DNA of 64,000 nucleotides from Candidatus Poribacteria bacterium (GTDB lineage Bacteria; Poribacteria; WGA-4E; WGA-3G), in assembly GCA_964291315.2 (NCBI GenBank), contig OZ219752.1, forward strand, positions 32,001 to 96,000. Reading direction: 5' to 3'. The position numbers were made by a program, and so were the translations under genes. Shown here piece by piece: positions 27,354-38,112 of the stretch. Each line of letters begins with the position of its first letter. Position 1 is the stretch's first letter. Under the pieces are notes generated by a model, which worked only from the letters and a program-made list of their open reading frames with translations, had not been told where the DNA came from and searched no databases.

Positions 27354-30300
27354 ATGCTTCATCGAGAACGAATCCTTGAATATCTCAGAGCCGCTAACTT
27401 TAGCGCCCTCTTCACCCAAGCACTCGGGTGGGAGCACTACACACAAGCACTAAATATCAGCGTAGACGCTACCGAGTGGCACCTCTCCGCAGTCGCAGAG
27501 AAACGCGGCATGATCGTCTTTGAATGCCACGCAACAGACGCAGATGGACAACTCCCCGATTATGCGCTGCGCCGGAAGATCCAGCAGCAAGTCGCGCGCT
27601 CCGCCCATGAGCATATTATCATCTACACCGATGCCGAGAGGACAACGCATCTCTGGCAGTGGGTCAGAAGGGAGCCGGGCAAGCCGGATGCCTGCCGAGA
27701 GCACAGGTATCACACGGCGCAATCGGGGGAGTCGCTGATACAAAAGTTAGAGCCGATCGCCTTCAGTCTTGACGAAGAAGCCGAACTGACACTCTCTGAC
27801 GTGACAGGGCGCGTCGGGAGCGCGTTCTATGCGGAGCGGGTGACCAAGAAGTTTTACGATCGCTTCAAGCGAGAGCAGACGGCGTTCCTGACCTTCCTCA
27901 CGGGCATCCCGGACGCCGAGGTGCAGCGCGCATATGTCTCTATCCTGCTGAATCGGCTGATGTTCATCTACTTCATTCAGAAGAAGGGGTTCCTCAACAA
28001 TGACCTAGACTATCTGCGGCACACGTTGACGGAGACGCAAAAGAGTGGCAGCGACCGGTACTATAGAGCGTTTCTCTGTCCGCTGTTCTTTGAAGGGTTC
28101 GCAAAGCCGGAGGCAGAGCGGAGCAGAACCGTGGTCGGGCTCCTCGGGGATGTGCCGTATCTCAACGGCGGCATCTTTGAGCAGCACGCCATAGAGACGC
28201 ATCACGGGGAGCATATTGAGATCCCGGATGCGGCGTTTGAACAGCTCTTCGGGTTCTTTGATGCGTATCAGTGGCATTTGGACGATCGCCCGTTGAAAAA
28301 TGACACGGAGATCAACCCGGATGTGCTGGGATATATCTTTGAGAAATACATCAATCAGAAGCAGATGGGTGCTTATTATACGAAGGAAGACATCACCGAA
28401 TATATCAGCAAAAACACGATTATTCCGTTTCTCTTTGATGCGGCACGGCGGTCGTGTGAGATAGCGTTTGCGGCGGATGGTACGGTGTGGCAGTTGCTGC
28501 GAGATGCCCCGGAGCGCTATATCTACCCGGCTGTGAGCAAAGGGACTGAATTAGAGTTGCCGCCCCATATCGCTGCGGGGGTTGCGGATGTCTCTAAGCG
28601 CACAGATTGGAACACCGTTGCGCCTTCCGAGTATGCCTTGCCGACAGAGATATGGCGGGAAGTCGTTGCGAGACGACAGCGCTACGAGACGCTGCGTGCG
28701 AAGCTGGTCAACGGAGACGTCGCCAGCATCAACGATCTGATTACCTACAATCTAGATGTCCGCCAGTTCGCACAGGACGTAATCGCGGGATGTGAGGGCC
28801 CCGAGCTGCTGCGTGCGTTTTGGCAGGCGATCAGACACATCAGCATCCTGGATCCGACGTGTGGCTCGGGAGCGTTCCTCTTCGCCGCTGTGAATATCCT
28901 CGTGCCGCTCTATGAGGCGTGTCTCGACCGAATGCAAGCCTTCCTCGACGATGCTGACGCACGCCCTGGAACAGGTGGCCGGCGCTATGCTGACTTCCGA
29001 GAGACGCTTAAGCGTATAGAGCAGCATCCGAACAGAGCCTATTTTATTCTCAAGTCTATTGTGATAAATAACCTCTACGGTGTGGACATCATGGCGGAGG
29101 CAGTTGAAATCTGTAAGCTCCGGCTCTTCCTGAAGATGGTCTCACAGATTGAAGATGTGCGGCAGATAGAGCCGTTGCCAGACATCGACTTCAACATCCA
29201 GTCGGGGAATAGTCTCGTCGGGTTCTCAACGTATGATGCGGTAGAGCGTGCGGTGACGGGCAAGCTGGACTTTGACGACACGATGCGGCGGCTTCGGGAG
29301 AAGGCAGAGGATGTGGATGCGTTGTTCCAAGCGTTTCGCAGGCAACAGACGGCGTTAGGCGGGGTCGTGACGCGTGCGGATAAGCAGGCATTGCGGGAGA
29401 GACTGGGTGTCTTAGAAGATGAGTTGAACCTTTACCTTGCGGGTGAGTATGGCGTGAACACTTCACATAATATAAGCGGGGGGGGTAATCACCGATTACC
29501 ACAAATGGCTTGCCACGCATAAGCCCTTCCACTGGTTCATCGCTTTCTACAGCATCCTCAAAGAAGGCGGATTTGATGTCATCATCGGAAACCCACCCTA
29601 CATAGAATATAGCAAAGTCAAAAAGGATTATACAGTAAAAGGATACGAAACCGAAACGTGCGGCAACCTATATGCGATGTCCGTTGAAAGAGCATTTCGG
29701 CTAAGCAAGGGACCCATCGGAATGATCGTGCAACTCCCTTTAGTCTGTACCAAGCGCATGATACCCGCACAATCACTTTTCAAGTCTTCAAATCGGAAAA
29801 GTTGGTTCGCTAATTTTGATGATAGCCCAGGGAAACTTTTTGACGACCTACCTCATATACGTGCTACTATCTTTCTCACTACGGAAGAAAAAGCTTTGGA
29901 AATGGAATCCACCTTATATTCCACGCGGTATAATAGATGGTTCACGGAAGTGCGATCCATCTTGTTTGAAGGTATGGTTTATGAAGACATTACAGACATT
30001 TGTGTTGAAGGTTCATTTCCAAAAATCGCGGATTCTGTGGGGAAGAGTCTCGCAAGAAAACTCATGAACTTTAAAAAACCTATTTTGAACTTTAAAACAG
30101 GAAAGCATGTGTGCTATTTTCACAATTCGCCTCACCATTGGATGCGGGCAATGAACTTTGTCCCTTACTTTTGGAACGAGCGAGACGGTGAGAAAATCTC
30201 AACTCAGATGAAACCGCTGCACTTTAGAACCCAATTAGACGCTTATGTCGCCGCCGCAAGCTTGAACAGCTCGCTTTTCTACTGGTGGTTTGTTGTGCTT

Positions 30301-30624
30301 TCCGATTGCCGGCACGTCAATTTGCGTGAAATTAGAAGTTTTCCGATTGGGATAGATGATATGGAGCGGCAAACCAAGCAGAGCCTTTCCCAGCTGTGCA
30401 AGGACTTGATGGTAGATCTCAAGCATCACGCACAACGCAAGAAAGCGTCCTATAAGACCACTGGACAGGTCATCTACGATGAGTTTTATCCGCGACATTC
30501 CAAGCACATCATAGACGAAATAGACCGCGTCCTCGCAAAGCACTACGGCTTCAGCGATGAGGAATTAGACTTCATCATCAACTACGACATCAAATACCGG
30601 ATGGGGCGGTCTGGAAGCTCCTAA
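27354..30624 (+). pseudogene. Eco57I-like N6-adenine DNA methyltransferase, frameshifted in a G8 tract (phase-variable or pseudogene)
   Basis: ORF 27354-29522 has GAYYT, ILDPTCGSGAFL and NLYGVDI. After G8 (29478-29485) the shifted frame reads VITDYHKWLATHKPFHW...GGFDVIIGNPPYIEY and continues into ORF 29677-30624. Confidence 0.85.
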
Positions 30625-30693
30625 TGTGTTTGCTATTTAAATAGGAATTTGATACGATGCTAAGCGTAAGATTAGCAACCAGTAAGGAGAAAT

Positions 30694-31320
30694 GTGATGA
30701 AAATCTTAACTATTGTCGCTATCTCTATTTTGATGCTATCGGGCTGCACAAGTGTGCAATATCAAAAGATGCAGGCGGAACGCGATCAGCTCCGCAAAAA
30801 TTATGAAGTGCTCCGCGACGAACACAGCGAGCTCAAAGTCAAAGAAGGTATAACCGACCCACTCCTCGGAAGGTGGAAATTTCTAAATCTTGAGGTTGCG
30901 GAGAGTGCAGCTACCGAAAATGTTAAAGAAACCAAAGCCGCGCTTCGATCCCATTATTTGAAAGGTCTCACACTTGATTTTTTTGAAGAAAAAGGGAGCC
31001 ACTATTACCGAGGTAAAAAGGGGAACACGGAGATTTTCGGCCAATTTAGGATCTTCACCATTCGTTACGGCGATGAACCCTTCCCATTTATCCGATTCCT
31101 CAGACGTTCTGGCCCTGAAATCTCAGAATTCCTTTTCGCCGCAAGAGCGAGCAGCTCTGGACTAGCAGACCCGCAAGGGCTCGCAACGGCAAAAGAAATT
31201 GGTATTTCAGTTACGGAGGACCGGTTGTATCTCACGATGCCGGGTAAGATGCAGTTAGGTCCCACTGGTTGGGTAAAAAACGGGGACGTGCATTGCTACT
31301 TCCGGAGGGTTGAGGAGTGA
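30694..31320 (+). CDS. Lipoprotein of unknown function (lipocalin-like, tentative)
   Basis: Lipobox LSGC and LLGRWKF; paralog of the next gene. Confidence 0.75.
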   Translation: MMKILTIVAISILMLSGCTSVQYQKMQAERDQLRKNYEVLRDEHSELKVKEGITDPLLGRWKFLNLEVAESAATENVKETKAALRSHYLKGLTLDFFEEKGSHYYRGKKGNTEIFGQFRIFTIRYGDEPFPFIRFLRRSGPEISEFLFAARASSSGLADPQGLATAKEIGISVTEDRLYLTMPGKMQLGPTGWVKNGDVHCYFRRVEE

Positions 31321-31527
31321 AAATACGAACTCACTTTAGGTTGAATTCTGTTTTTTTTATCTAATTCTCGCTTGTTGTACCAGTGTCTGATACCAAGACG
31401 TTCAAAACGAACGCGAAGGGTTGTGTGCAGCACAAGCGGATGCCCGTAGGAAAATCGATTCGAGCCCCATGAGAGTAGATTTAACCAAGAAGCTGCTAGA
31501 CAAATGGCATTTTGAGGAAAATAGACA

Positions 31528-32439
31528 ATGAAAATGTTAACAATATTCGGCATTATAGCAATGGTGTTTGCTAGTTGTGCGGTGCTAACGCCGCAAGAAA
31601 CGCAACAGCGGCGGCATCGCCTGCTTGAAGCTTATAATGAAGCACGCGCAAAACACGATCCGGAGAAAATTAAAGAGACAGTGAGGAATCTCCTCGTCGG
31701 CAAATGGCAATATGTCGGGTTAGAGGTTGAAGAAGGTAATGTTACCACAAAGCAAGCACAATCGGCGGGCCAGCAGCGGATAAACTCGCCGAACGTTTTG
31801 ACAGAACCGCTCTCTAAGGGCGCTACAAACCAACAAGCAACATCCAACATCCGTAAGCAGACGACTTCGCCAGACCCTCGGAATCCCAAAGCAGACGAAC
31901 ATACCTCGGCAGAAAATGCACCTCGTTTACCGCGTATTGAAGTAACCAACGAAAGGTCGAGTCAACAGATACTTGGTGCAAAAGCCGCACTTGTCGCATC
32001 TACGCGCCAAAATCTCACTATTGAATTCGTCCAAAACCACGGATCTTACCATTATAGTGGCAGCAATCAAGGCACGCGTGTCACAGGACAGTGCTATATC
32101 ACTACGAAACGTTACGGCGATGATCCATTTCCATTTGTTCGTTTTAATCAGCGGACGGGTCCTAATATGCTTGAGTTCGTATTCGGTTCCGAACCTGTAA
32201 GACAGATAGCCGCTAAACAAAAACAGAAGCGGGCTGCTATGCTGCAAAGCCGCAAGATGGGGATACAAGGCGCGCGGCGCGCTGCTGCAAAACAGACTTC
32301 TTTCGCAATCGCCTCCCTAACAGGTATTACGGTAACAGAAGATACACTCTATTTAACCCTATACGGGGATATGAAGCTAACCCCCAAAGGCTGGATGCGA
32401 ACTGGTGGACTTCGATGCACCTTTAAAAGAATTGAATGA
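31528..32439 (+). CDS. Lipoprotein of unknown function, paralog of 30694-31320
   Basis: Lipobox FASC; shared blocks RYGDxPFPFxRF and GIxVTEDxLYLT...GW. Confidence 0.75.
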   Translation: MKMLTIFGIIAMVFASCAVLTPQETQQRRHRLLEAYNEARAKHDPEKIKETVRNLLVGKWQYVGLEVEEGNVTTKQAQSAGQQRINSPNVLTEPLSKGATNQQATSNIRKQTTSPDPRNPKADEHTSAENAPRLPRIEVTNERSSQQILGAKAALVASTRQNLTIEFVQNHGSYHYSGSNQGTRVTGQCYITTKRYGDDPFPFVRFNQRTGPNMLEFVFGSEPVRQIAAKQKQKRAAMLQSRKMGIQGARRAAAKQTSFAIASLTGITVTEDTLYLTLYGDMKLTPKGWMRTGGLRCTFKRIE

Positions 32440-32770
32440 GATCGAGAATTTTAAACGATTAATACTATTATAATGGATGGCGGCTTTGGTATCAAGCCTC
32501 GTTTAGCGCGGGGCAGAACTATTAAGGGAAAGGAGATTCTCTATGCTCTTTGGCATCCTCCGTCAGTTAAAGTACTAGGAAAATGAATCACCCATGCTTT
32601 TTGATGCCGATTGTGGCGTTCTGGCTCCGGTTGAACTCTGCGTTGAATACCAAAGTCAAACCTTGCAACTTGATTCGTCTTAAGCTTAAGATTGAAACTC
32701 CTACAGTACATATTATAACGCGAGCTTGAATAATTATTGGGTTCATCTTTGGATAAAGAGGGGGCCCCTT

Positions 32771-32867
32771 GCATAGTCTAACAGGCTGTGCTACAAGCCC
32801 TGAAGAGGCACAAGTTGACAGTCTATGCTACAGTAAGTACCTTGCACAATCTGAAAGGTTACGCTAC
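32771..32867 (-). repeat. Three GTAG-type REP-like palindromes
   Basis: 32771-32794, 32808-32831 and 32844-32867; each reads GTAGC...TGC on the minus strand, the same family as 2858-2971. Confidence 0.7.
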
Positions 32868-33104
32868 AAAACAACCTACTCACTCTTTTTTAAACTCACG
32901 TTATTATGCCGTATTTTTTCAAAATCGTCGTTTTATTTGCTTGACACAACTGATTAACTGCTACGCTATCCTCGATACAGAGGCACCGGGGTTCGTATCA
33001 CAAGATTTAGTAAAGTGCTGGAGCATCATCATAATCACAGGTTGTCGCAGATTACGCGGATTTCTTGGAAAACTAAATCGCTTTGCTTCTAGGCCTAATC
33101 GACC

Positions 33105-33133
33105 TTGACATTTCTTCTTGTTTCTAGTATTAT
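33105..33133 (+). promoter_or_regulatory. sigma70-like promoter
   Basis: TTGACA-17 bp-TATTAT upstream of the 33173 ORF. Confidence 0.6.
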
Positions 33134-33172
33134 AAACCTACATTCATTGATCCAATATTTTGAAGGTAAATC

Positions 33173-35251
33173 ATGCTGCAGCAGATGTTTTTAAAAGAGA
33201 TGCAACCTAAAAAACAGAAAACTTACCGTCTATTTGCATTAATACCATCACTATTTTTTCTGTTCGTCTATCAGCTGCCTGCTGACAAGCTACCTACTTC
33301 CCATAGCGAGCAATATGTCATCGTAGAGAGTGAAAACGGTGATAGATTGACCGGCACTTGGCGCGGTGCCACCGAAACCCATTTTGAAATAGGGTACCAG
33401 GGACAGATCCTGCGGCTTCCGCTAACAGGATACAGCATTCATTTTACATCAAACCTTGCACATGTTGCAGATCGAACGGCAGCAAAGTACTTTCGAAACG
33501 GACTGATGCTGTTGGAGTTAGGTCTTCCTGAAAAAGCAAAAGGACGTTTTGAAGCCGCCATCGAAGAATTACCGAAATATCCGGCTGCCCACTACCAGCT
33601 CGGATTGCTTTACAAAGCAGATGGGGACAAGACACGCGCGTTGGAACGTTTCCGATCTGTAGCAATTCTCGATGCAGCCAATTATGATCTTGTCCCGATT
33701 TTTGAGGAGTTTGGCGATACTGCACTCGCTAATGAGGCTTATGCTAAGGCAGTGGATAGCTATCAGTTAATCTTAACCCATTATCCAGAACACTCATCTA
33801 CTCCAGCCTTGCGCTATCTCACTGGATTTCTCCTCGCCGAACAGTTAGGAGACGCGGCTGCGGGCCTGCTGCTCCTTGAATCAGCAATAAGACAACATCC
33901 AGATAGTCCCGATGAACGTGAAAAAGCGCTTTTCCTGATAGGGAAACTACAAGCAGAAACGAATCAGTTGGAAGAGGCCCTCCACACTCTGCGGGGGTTT
34001 ATTATGCGTTATCCGACGAGTGAGTGGGTCTATGAGGCACGACTTATCCGCGCTGAAACGCATCTGAAACTCGGTAAACCGGCAGAGGCTGCAAGTGGAG
34101 CGAGACTTATCTACGAATCGAGTATAGATGAAAGATTAAAGGAGCGCGCAAAACAGATTATCGATCAGACCGAGTGGACAATTTACACAAAGACAGACGG
34201 GCTTCCAGACAACCAGATCCAAACGATTGCCAACGATGAAACAAAGTTGTGGATAGGCACTCCGCAAGGTATTATGCTTTTTGAGACTGCCTACGGGAAA
34301 TGGATCTCGATTGAGAATATTCCACAGTTGATTAACAGTGCAGTGGAGACGGTTCCAGATGTTAGAGCTATCGCTGTTAACTCACAGGAGGTATGGATAG
34401 GCACTCGCTTCCAAGGCGCGATTCACTACAACAAGCTAACAAGTGAAATTCAGATATACTCACCAATTGACGGATTCCCTGCTTGGATCAGGGACATCAA
34501 AGTGGACGCAACAGCTGCATGGTTTGCAACAGGTATCGGTGTTATTCGTGAGGTGCGCGGCAGTATCAATCCACCGCTCGTCTACAATACACAAAATAGT
34601 CGGCTTCCGGCGAATAACCTTGAGAAGTTGCTTCTCACGCCCGAGAGGGTTTGGTGTGTCTCAGAAGATGGCGTAATCGGAATATTTGACCGAAAAATAG
34701 AGGAGTGGTATACTTATCATTCAACAGCAATTCGAGAAGAAATGACAATCGTTGGCATTGATACGGCAGCAGAGCAGCTCCTATTTACATGGTTCAATGC
34801 GGATGAAAAATCCAACGGTTATTTCCGAGCCGACTTGGATGGTGGCAATGGAAAGTTGACAACGCTCCATACTGGTATAGACGATGAAAACACGTTGCGG
34901 AACATTTACATTCAAGGAGCTCTTGATACTTCACCTGTCATAGAACCACCTATCGTTGAAGAAAACCTTGAGGAGAAGAGAGACGAAAAAACCGAGACAT
35001 CGTCTGCAGAGCTAGTAGAAGCGGAAGCAACAGAAGCACAACCGCTACCTCCTATATCAGAAGTACCATTAGTGTTGTGGATAGCAACGAACGATCTGTT
35101 TTATACGCACCACACCCGTTCTAGCGCGTGGAAAGATACAAGTACGCCTCAAATCGTATCGGAGGCATTAGCGATAAAATCCCTCGTTGTCGCGAATAAT
35201 CGGGCATGGATAGCGACTACCAACGGCTTAGCATCTGTGAGCGTGCGATGA
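33173..35251 (+). CDS. TPR plus beta-propeller (Reg_prop-like) protein
   Basis: TPR/BamD-like helices followed by YTKTDGLPDNQIQTIA...LWIGT repeats. Confidence 0.75.
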   Translation: MLQQMFLKEMQPKKQKTYRLFALIPSLFFLFVYQLPADKLPTSHSEQYVIVESENGDRLTGTWRGATETHFEIGYQGQILRLPLTGYSIHFTSNLAHVADRTAAKYFRNGLMLLELGLPEKAKGRFEAAIEELPKYPAAHYQLGLLYKADGDKTRALERFRSVAILDAANYDLVPIFEEFGDTALANEAYAKAVDSYQLILTHYPEHSSTPALRYLTGFLLAEQLGDAAAGLLLLESAIRQHPDSPDEREKALFLIGKLQAETNQLEEALHTLRGFIMRYPTSEWVYEARLIRAETHLKLGKPAEAASGARLIYESSIDERLKERAKQIIDQTEWTIYTKTDGLPDNQIQTIANDETKLWIGTPQGIMLFETAYGKWISIENIPQLINSAVETVPDVRAIAVNSQEVWIGTRFQGAIHYNKLTSEIQIYSPIDGFPAWIRDIKVDATAAWFATGIGVIREVRGSINPPLVYNTQNSRLPANNLEKLLLTPERVWCVSEDGVIGIFDRKIEEWYTYHSTAIREEMTIVGIDTAAEQLLFTWFNADEKSNGYFRADLDGGNGKLTTLHTGIDDENTLRNIYIQGALDTSPVIEPPIVEENLEEKRDEKTETSSAELVEAEATEAQPLPPISEVPLVLWIATNDLFYTHHTRSSAWKDTSTPQIVSEALAIKSLVVANNRAWIATTNGLASVSVR

Positions 35252-35285
35252 AGCAACTCACGGGGATGTCCGAATCTAAAAAGCT

Positions 35286-36128
35286 ATGCAACCGACAGCC
35301 ACAAAACTTATTACACGCTGGGCGTATACCGAACCGACCCTGATTGAAGACGAGTTAGTTGTCGAAGAACCACTTGAGATCCGGGTCGGACAACAGAGCT
35401 TAATCGTTGTGATGCGGACTCCGGGACACGATTTTGAATTGGCATCGGGTTTTCTCTACACAGAAAACCTCGTGACTTCCCGCGATGCCATCGAAATTAT
35501 TGCATACTGTGAGGACGAGCCTCCCGAAAAAGCGTTTACCGGTTTCTCCTCGCTACAGAATATCGTCAACGTTCGTCTGGCCGAAGCATTTGACTTTGAA
35601 ATACAATCCGGTTGGCAACGGAATTTCCATGCCAATGCAAGCTGCGGACTCTGTGGTAAAATGACGATCGAATCTGTTAAACACCAAGTACCCGCGCTGA
35701 ACTCAGGAATGTGCGTCAATCAAAACCTTTTTTATCAACTCAATGACCAGTTAAAGGCGGCACAGTCTGTTTTTGAAAGGACAGGTGGGCTTCATGCCGC
35801 TGGACTTTTCGATGAAACGGGTAAACTTCTGGTTGTCAGAGAGGATATTGGCCGACACAACGCAGTTGATAAAGTGATAGGGCACGCTTTGCTTACAGAC
35901 CTGTTACCACTTAGTCGCCATATTTTGATGGTGAGCGGGCGCGCAAGTTTTGAAATCGTCCAAAAAGCGCTCTTCGCCCGTATCCCTATTGTTGCCGCGG
36001 TCTCTGCCGCATCGACACTCGCCGTTGATCTTGCACAAGAAGGCAACCTTACTTTAATAGGGTTCATGCGTGGGAAAAGTATGGCGGTTTACAGTTGTCC
36101 AGAGCGTATCTGCCGTACCTCTAGGTAG
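35286..36128 (+). CDS. fdhD: Formate dehydrogenase accessory sulfurtransferase
   Basis: EEPLEI, MRTPGHD, SCGLCG, TGGLHAA and EDIGRHNAVDK motifs. Confidence 0.95.
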   Translation: MQPTATKLITRWAYTEPTLIEDELVVEEPLEIRVGQQSLIVVMRTPGHDFELASGFLYTENLVTSRDAIEIIAYCEDEPPEKAFTGFSSLQNIVNVRLAEAFDFEIQSGWQRNFHANASCGLCGKMTIESVKHQVPALNSGMCVNQNLFYQLNDQLKAAQSVFERTGGLHAAGLFDETGKLLVVREDIGRHNAVDKVIGHALLTDLLPLSRHILMVSGRASFEIVQKALFARIPIVAAVSAASTLAVDLAQEGNLTLIGFMRGKSMAVYSCPERICRTSR

Positions 36129-36263
36129 CGCAAACCGTTCGTTTGCAGCATTAAAGTTGCAGCCTATATCCAGTGAGACACTTCAGTTAAGAAGGTTTCC
36201 GCTATCTTTTTTAGATAGCATGTCTCTATAATAGCAAGAAAACTTAAAAGGAGTTAAACTCTC

Positions 36264-36542
36264 ATGTTAAGCATTTTAAACGGCATTCAGGGGCTTGTGA
36301 ATCTCCTATTCTTTTTAGCTATTGTCGGGACATTAGGAGTCTCGTGGATATACGCCCGCCGGTTGAAAAAACAGTACCGCGCAAGCTTCCCGTGGGGCAA
36401 GACAGCATCCATTGTCGGGATTGAAGTGTTGCTCTGGATAGGATTCACCATTTTCTGGGAAATCTTCAAAGCGTTATGGTTGCCAATCATGGTTGTCGCT
36501 ATCGTTATTATCGTGATCATTCTCTCAAGAAAACCGTATTAG
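36264..36542 (+). CDS. Small membrane protein (3 TM)
   Basis: Hydrophobic helices; AGGAG RBS. Confidence 0.7.
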   Translation: MLSILNGIQGLVNLLFFLAIVGTLGVSWIYARRLKKQYRASFPWGKTASIVGIEVLLWIGFTIFWEIFKALWLPIMVVAIVIIVIILSRKPY

Positions 36543-36630
36543 TTGAAGTGTTGCTCTGGATAGGATTCACCATTTTCTGGGAAATCTTCAAAGTGTTATG
36601 GTTGCCAATCATGGTTGTCGCTATCGTTAT
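36421..36630. repeat. 88-bp direct repeat (3' part of the small membrane gene)
   Basis: 36421-36508 is repeated at 36543-36630 with one mismatch. Confidence 0.9.
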
Positions 36631-36951
36631 CATTCACTGAGGAAAAAGGCAGAGATATACCTAATGAAAAGGCTGGTAAATTACTTAGCCTTTTGGCGAT
36701 GCGCCACTCGGAGCGTGAGTGCCGCAAATTCACTTTCACCGGGAAGCCACATCCCTGATGGATTCGAGATAAGGCCTTGAGGTTACTTGCGTTGAAATTG
36801 ATCTACGGATAGTGGGCCAGAACACACCTCGGTTCTAAAATCAGATCACCCTTAGATTTCTATAAAGGAATTGCCAATTGAAAAGAGGGCAAAAGCATAA
36901 GAAGCATCGAGGACTGACTGGCCCCTCGAAAACTGATGAGAGGAAAGATAC

Positions 36952-38004
36952 ATGAGTCGAATCGGAAGAGCTGTGGTTGCGCACGGTCAAGATTTTGAAA
37001 TTCGTGAATATCCAGTCCCCGATCCCGAGCCGAATACGGTCCTGCTCCGTCAGGAATTAGCAGGTATCTGTGGAACTGACCTGCACAATTGGCAGAATGG
37101 TTTCCAGCAAGAAGTGTTATTGGGACACGAAAACGTCGGTATTGTTGAGGCTATCGGGGAAGGGGTCAAGACAGATTATGTCGGAAAACCGATTACGGAA
37201 GGCGACAGAGTTATCTTTGCCCCGGGAACAAACTACGGGGCTTATGGGTTTCAGTGGAATCCGGACGAGGCACCGCATTTTCGGGGCGGGTTCGCCGATT
37301 ACATGTATCTAGCCCTTCCAAATACCTGTTTTCTGAAAACAGACGCATCCGCTGAAGTTGCAGTACTCACAGAGCCCTTCACTGTAGGCGTTCACGCAGC
37401 GATGCGTGGTCAAATAAAACTTGGGGACACTGTGGTTGTGCAAGGTTCGGGGGCTATCGGGCTTGTGACACTAGCGTGTGCCAAGTTGAGCGGTGCCGTG
37501 AAAGCCATTATGGTGGGAGGTCCTGCAGGGCGCCTGAGACTTGCCAAACGTCTCGGTGCCGACGTAACAATCGACATTGAGAAAGTTCCCTCCGTCGCAG
37601 AACGGACCGAGCTTGTGAAAACGGAAACTCCTCGTAAAGAAGGGGCTGATATTGTCTTTGAATGTGCAGGTTTCCTTCCTGCAACGCCTGAAGGGTTGGG
37701 ATATACCCGCCGGAGTGGGACCTTTGTTGAGGTCGGCCACTTCGTGGATATGGGATCTATTGACTTCAACATTAATCAGTTGCTGATGCGTAAAAACCTT
37801 CGGGTTGAGGCGATCTGGGGGAGCAGCTACGAACACTTCGTCCGCGGCCTACCGATCCTTGAGCAGAGCGGACTCCCTTTCGCAGACATGATTAGCCACC
37901 AGCTCCCACTTTCACAGGTCGGAGACGGCTTTAAAGCTCTTGACGGTGGCTACCGTATTAATGGTGAAACAGCGATTAAAATTGCGGTGAAGTCTGACCT
38001 GTGA
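36952..38004 (+). CDS. Zn-binding alcohol dehydrogenase (MDR family)
   Basis: GICGTD, GHE and GSGAIG motifs. Confidence 0.9.
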   Translation: MSRIGRAVVAHGQDFEIREYPVPDPEPNTVLLRQELAGICGTDLHNWQNGFQQEVLLGHENVGIVEAIGEGVKTDYVGKPITEGDRVIFAPGTNYGAYGFQWNPDEAPHFRGGFADYMYLALPNTCFLKTDASAEVAVLTEPFTVGVHAAMRGQIKLGDTVVVQGSGAIGLVTLACAKLSGAVKAIMVGGPAGRLRLAKRLGADVTIDIEKVPSVAERTELVKTETPRKEGADIVFECAGFLPATPEGLGYTRRSGTFVEVGHFVDMGSIDFNINQLLMRKNLRVEAIWGSSYEHFVRGLPILEQSGLPFADMISHQLPLSQVGDGFKALDGGYRINGETAIKIAVKSDL

Positions 38005-38112
38005 TTCAGGTGAGTATCAGATACCCTTGTAATTCGGATGAATCCTAAGATTACAAGGATCCGGGTTCAGACTAATAACCGAAAACTGAATAATTATTTA
38101 GGAGGCATATTG

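Noticed and set aside
29677-30624. Independent 315-aa gene
   Set aside because: Its frame is open upstream through the NPPY motif to the G8 tract, so it is the C-terminal part of the methyltransferase.
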